Source of the DNA: Lepidodermella squamata
Taxonomy: Eukaryota > Animalia > Gastrotricha
Reading direction: 5' to 3'
NCBI GenBank assembly: GCA_047495785.1
Contig: JBLDXI010000001.1
Coordinates: 2,232,001 to 2,296,000, forward strand
DNA length: 64,000 bases
The notes under the pieces were generated by a model, which searched no databases, had not been told where the DNA came from, and was given only the letters and a program-made list of their open reading frames with translations. Shown here piece by piece: positions 61,146-64,000 of this stretch (its first letter is position 1; each line of letters starts with the position of its first letter). Both the position numbers and the translations under genes were made by a program.

Positions 61146-61553
61146 TCATGGATGATTCCTTCTAAAGTGCCTTGCCAATGATCGGTTGGCTCGGTAAGAT
61201 GCGCCACACACTTTGCAATCAAATTTAGGAGCTTCAATCGAATGAACTTCGGCGATGTGCAGCCGAGCATCAGACTTTCGTTTGAATTTGCCGAGGCATA
61301 TCTGACAGGTGAATTCGTCGACCATGTGCTGACTGAACCGGTATGGCGATGAAGCTATTGCTTGCGGTGTTTTCAGTCTCTCAGCGTGCTCAATAAGGGA
61401 CCTCAGCTCGTTCCCAAAATTAGGAGAACCATTGTCTGAAATGATAAGATAGTTGAAAAATTGGTAGAATCAGTTAAACCTACCAGTAATAACTTGAATA
61501 TGTTTCTCTAATGACATCAGGAACTTGTGAATTTTATCCACAAAATCGACCAT
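61146..61553 (-). CDS. B7 (not in the ORF track)
   Basis: MVDFVDKI exon; PYRFSQHMVDEFTCQIC..HIAEVH..CKVC..HFRRNHP*. Confidence 0.8.
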
Positions 61554-61699
61554 GTCATAAAAAACCACAGATATACTAGAAGAGAATAACTGAATAATTG
61601 CACAAATAATAATATAATTTATATAAAATTGAGGCAGCTAACAGAATTTTCAGATGTAGAAGCATCATTTTAGACAGCAGCTCCAACTTCATCAGGAGC

Positions 61700-61985
61700 C
61701 ATCAACAATTCCGCCAATGAACTTGAAACTTGGAAGCGGAACAGCTCCACGAGCCGCTGATTCCAGAGGGGTTTCCGGCGCCATTTTCTGAACATTCGAC
61801 CTTCGTAGAGATAGTAATGGGCGATTGAACGGCCTGATACCCGGTGACTACATAAATTTATATATTAGGAAATTTATTCAAAAATTCTAAAAAACACCAA
61901 CATAAATACCAATAACAGATTTTGAATCGATACTTCTCGCAAAATAGGCCAGGAATCCGCAAACTTCGTTAGCATAGTCGGCCAT
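61700..61985 (-). pseudogene. B6-like 5' duplicate fused to unrelated sequence, no fingers
   Basis: MADYANEV..VTGY matches B6, then diverges. Confidence 0.6.
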
Positions 61986-62519
61986 GAAATAATAACTCTA
62001 AAAATTGAATAGTTTCTATATTCCAACTTCTGGAGGAACTATAAACTAAGCCGTGAAATAAACGTGAAATAAACGAGCAAACACCCCATTCAAGAAAAAG
62101 CCAAGAAAACTATAAGCCCCAAGTTTTAGCTCCACTAAGCGAACCCTTAAGGCATCCCTGCGAAGAAGGGTTCGAGCTACAGCCCGGATACCATAAGATT
62201 CAAACCCTCGGAAAATTCCAAATTTTACGAAGGAACCGATACTTCCGAAAATTCTAAAACCTACCGCAATTTCTAAGCCAAAAACTCCCAATGCTACCAA
62301 AACCCGCTTGGAAAAGAGGCGATTCGCGCTAGACCTTCGACGATACGTCTTCGGACGTATTGGAAGCCAATGAAATCAGCCAACTCAAATAATAGCCACT
62401 CACTGCAGACGAGTTGGCGGGGTTGAATCTCCACCTTCCACTGGATAAGCTCAAGGCGGCTCCGTTGCAGGAGGAGGGCGACGTATTCCAATTGTTGTCA
62501 GACTGAACTCCCTGTACCT

Positions 62520-63660
62520 CGTCGTTCGCTACAGCGGTTCTTCGAGCAGACCCAGCACCGCTACGCGAACAACGCCGTCCGTTTCGTTCTCCCGTCCGCG
62601 AAGCCGCTTCTCTGCTAACCCGCTGTCCCGTTCTATGCTGGCCCAGGCTTCCTCAAGGTCCTTTGCCCACCCTCGGTGTTCAAGATCTCATCCAGCTTTT
62701 CCGCTCTTGGTCTATCGCATAACTTGTCTGGTCGTCCTGTTTCTTTCTTTTGTTCTTTTTTTTTTCCTTGCCTTTCCTGTCCGGGGTATCGCCGGCCTTC
62801 GCCATTCGCCAGTCGGCCCTTCACCGCGCCCGCGTTTGTAGCCACCCCCGCCTCGGCCTCCTGGTCTACCAGACCCTGATCCGCCCGCTAGCCGAATTCG
62901 GCTGTCCTGCGTTCGCCAACTGTCATCCGCGCTTGTTTGCGCAGCTACTTGCCATCGAAAAGCGGGCTGTGAAGTCTATCCTCGGCCTTGTCCGCGGGAC
63001 ATCCGACGCCGTCTACGACGCCCAGGTCGCCGCCGCGTTTCCGACGTTCACGCCGCTCGGCGTACGGTTGGGGGAGCTGGCTTTCCACTTCTTCAACCGT
63101 GCGCTGGAGAACGGTGGTCCCGTTGGGCTCGCACCTTCCCTTGTCGACCCTGCTAGGAGCCAGTCCGTTGCCTGCTGTCCGCCCCTCGCTCCAGCGTCCC
63201 CCAGTTCTGCAGTCCGGTCCTTGGGTAGCTGATTTGCCGGTTGGCTTCCTCCCTTAGCCTGCCGCTCGGTCTCCTGCTCGTCGCAACCGTCGTGGTGTCT
63301 CCTTTGCCTAACGCCGTCTTGCTCGGCGGACGTCGCGGGTGTGAGTCCCGGGCCGTCTGGGCTGCCTCCATGTTTAGTTTCTCTTCCTTTTGTGTGTTTT
63401 TACCACTAGGTTCGTCTTGTTCCCTCACTGGTCGCTCCATGTGCCTGCGGTGAGCTGGCAGCGGTTGGGCCACGGGCGGCGGCACAATTCTATCGGCGGC
63501 CCGTGTGCTGGTGTTCTCGGATGGGCGGCGAGTGTTGCCGCTGCTGCCTGTCCCTTTACTGTTCATACTTTTTTGCCTGGTTTTGTTCCTTTCTGGATGT
63601 GCATGATAACCCACGTTTAGCCTGCGGGCTGGTGGAATACGATCGAGGCTTGTAAGGCCG
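62520..63660 (+). mobile_element. Non-LTR ORF2 remnants (C-terminal Cys domain plus post-RT region)
   Basis: LLVYQTLIRPLAEFGCPAF..LLAIEKRAVKSILG matches the LINE post-RT motif; LLTRCP remnant at about 62610; GC-rich. Confidence 0.8.
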
Positions 63661-63888
63661 TGCCTTTTCCAATATTTTCGAGGGTAAATATTGTCTATGA
63701 CCCTTACCCAACTTATCTTGCTTTCCCGTAATTAATCGTAAACAATCGTAATTAATTGCTAAGGTAAGAACGAAAAGAAAGGATTTGCGTTCGTAAAAAA
63801 TTCATTTACGAAAAATTGATAACAGATAGACATTGAGGTAAAAATGTCCAAACGAACCATAAATCCAATCGCCAACATTTCCAGATCT

Positions 63889-64000
63889 TCATGGATGGCT
63901 GGTTTTAACATGCCTCCTCAATGATCGATTAGCTCGGTAAGACGCGCCGCACAAGTCGCATTTAAACTGAGGAGGTTCCACTGAGTGAACTTCGGCAATG
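63889..64000 (-). CDS. B8, 3' part only (runs off the right edge)
   Basis: IAEVHSVEPPQFKCDLCGASYRANRSLRRHVKTSHP*. Confidence 0.8.
   Translation of the reverse strand, partial: IAEVHSVEPPQFKCDLCGASYRANRSLRRHVKTSHP

Noticed and set aside
1-64000. Named effector domains (KRAB, ZAD, BTB, SCAN), tRNA/rRNA genes, or a species assignment
   Set aside because: None recognisable by eye; ZAD needs two CxxC pairs and family A has one; taxon cannot be fixed without a search

Overview
Compact animal genomic DNA (34-65 nt GT-AG introns, animal-type Mi-2/CHD3 sequence; species not identifiable from sequence alone). Almost the whole window is one unidirectional array of about 69 small genes and pseudogenes, all on the minus strand. 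About 58 of them encode C2H2/C2HC zinc-finger proteins in three tandem subfamilies: multi-finger two-exon genes (about 1-32 kb), 16 intronless ~100-aa CxxC/coiled-coil/YxF/two-finger microproteins (44.6-52.5 kb), and helical-N-terminus/YQF/two-finger genes (57.6-64 kb). Embedded among them are a truncated, probably ATPase-dead Mi-2/CHD3 paralog, AT-hook proteins, a protein with CtBP-type and SUMO-interaction-type motifs, and small tail-anchored membrane proteins. Many stop-to-ATG spacers are only 35-82 nt and contain a T-rich AG acceptor just before the ATG, which suggests a giant trans-spliced operon. The only credible plus-strand coding signals are transposon remnants (non-LTR gag/APE/RT pieces and a pogo/CENP-B HTH). 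Several palindromes/MITEs and one pre-miRNA-like hairpin are present. Exon joins were worked out by hand and need RNA confirmation.
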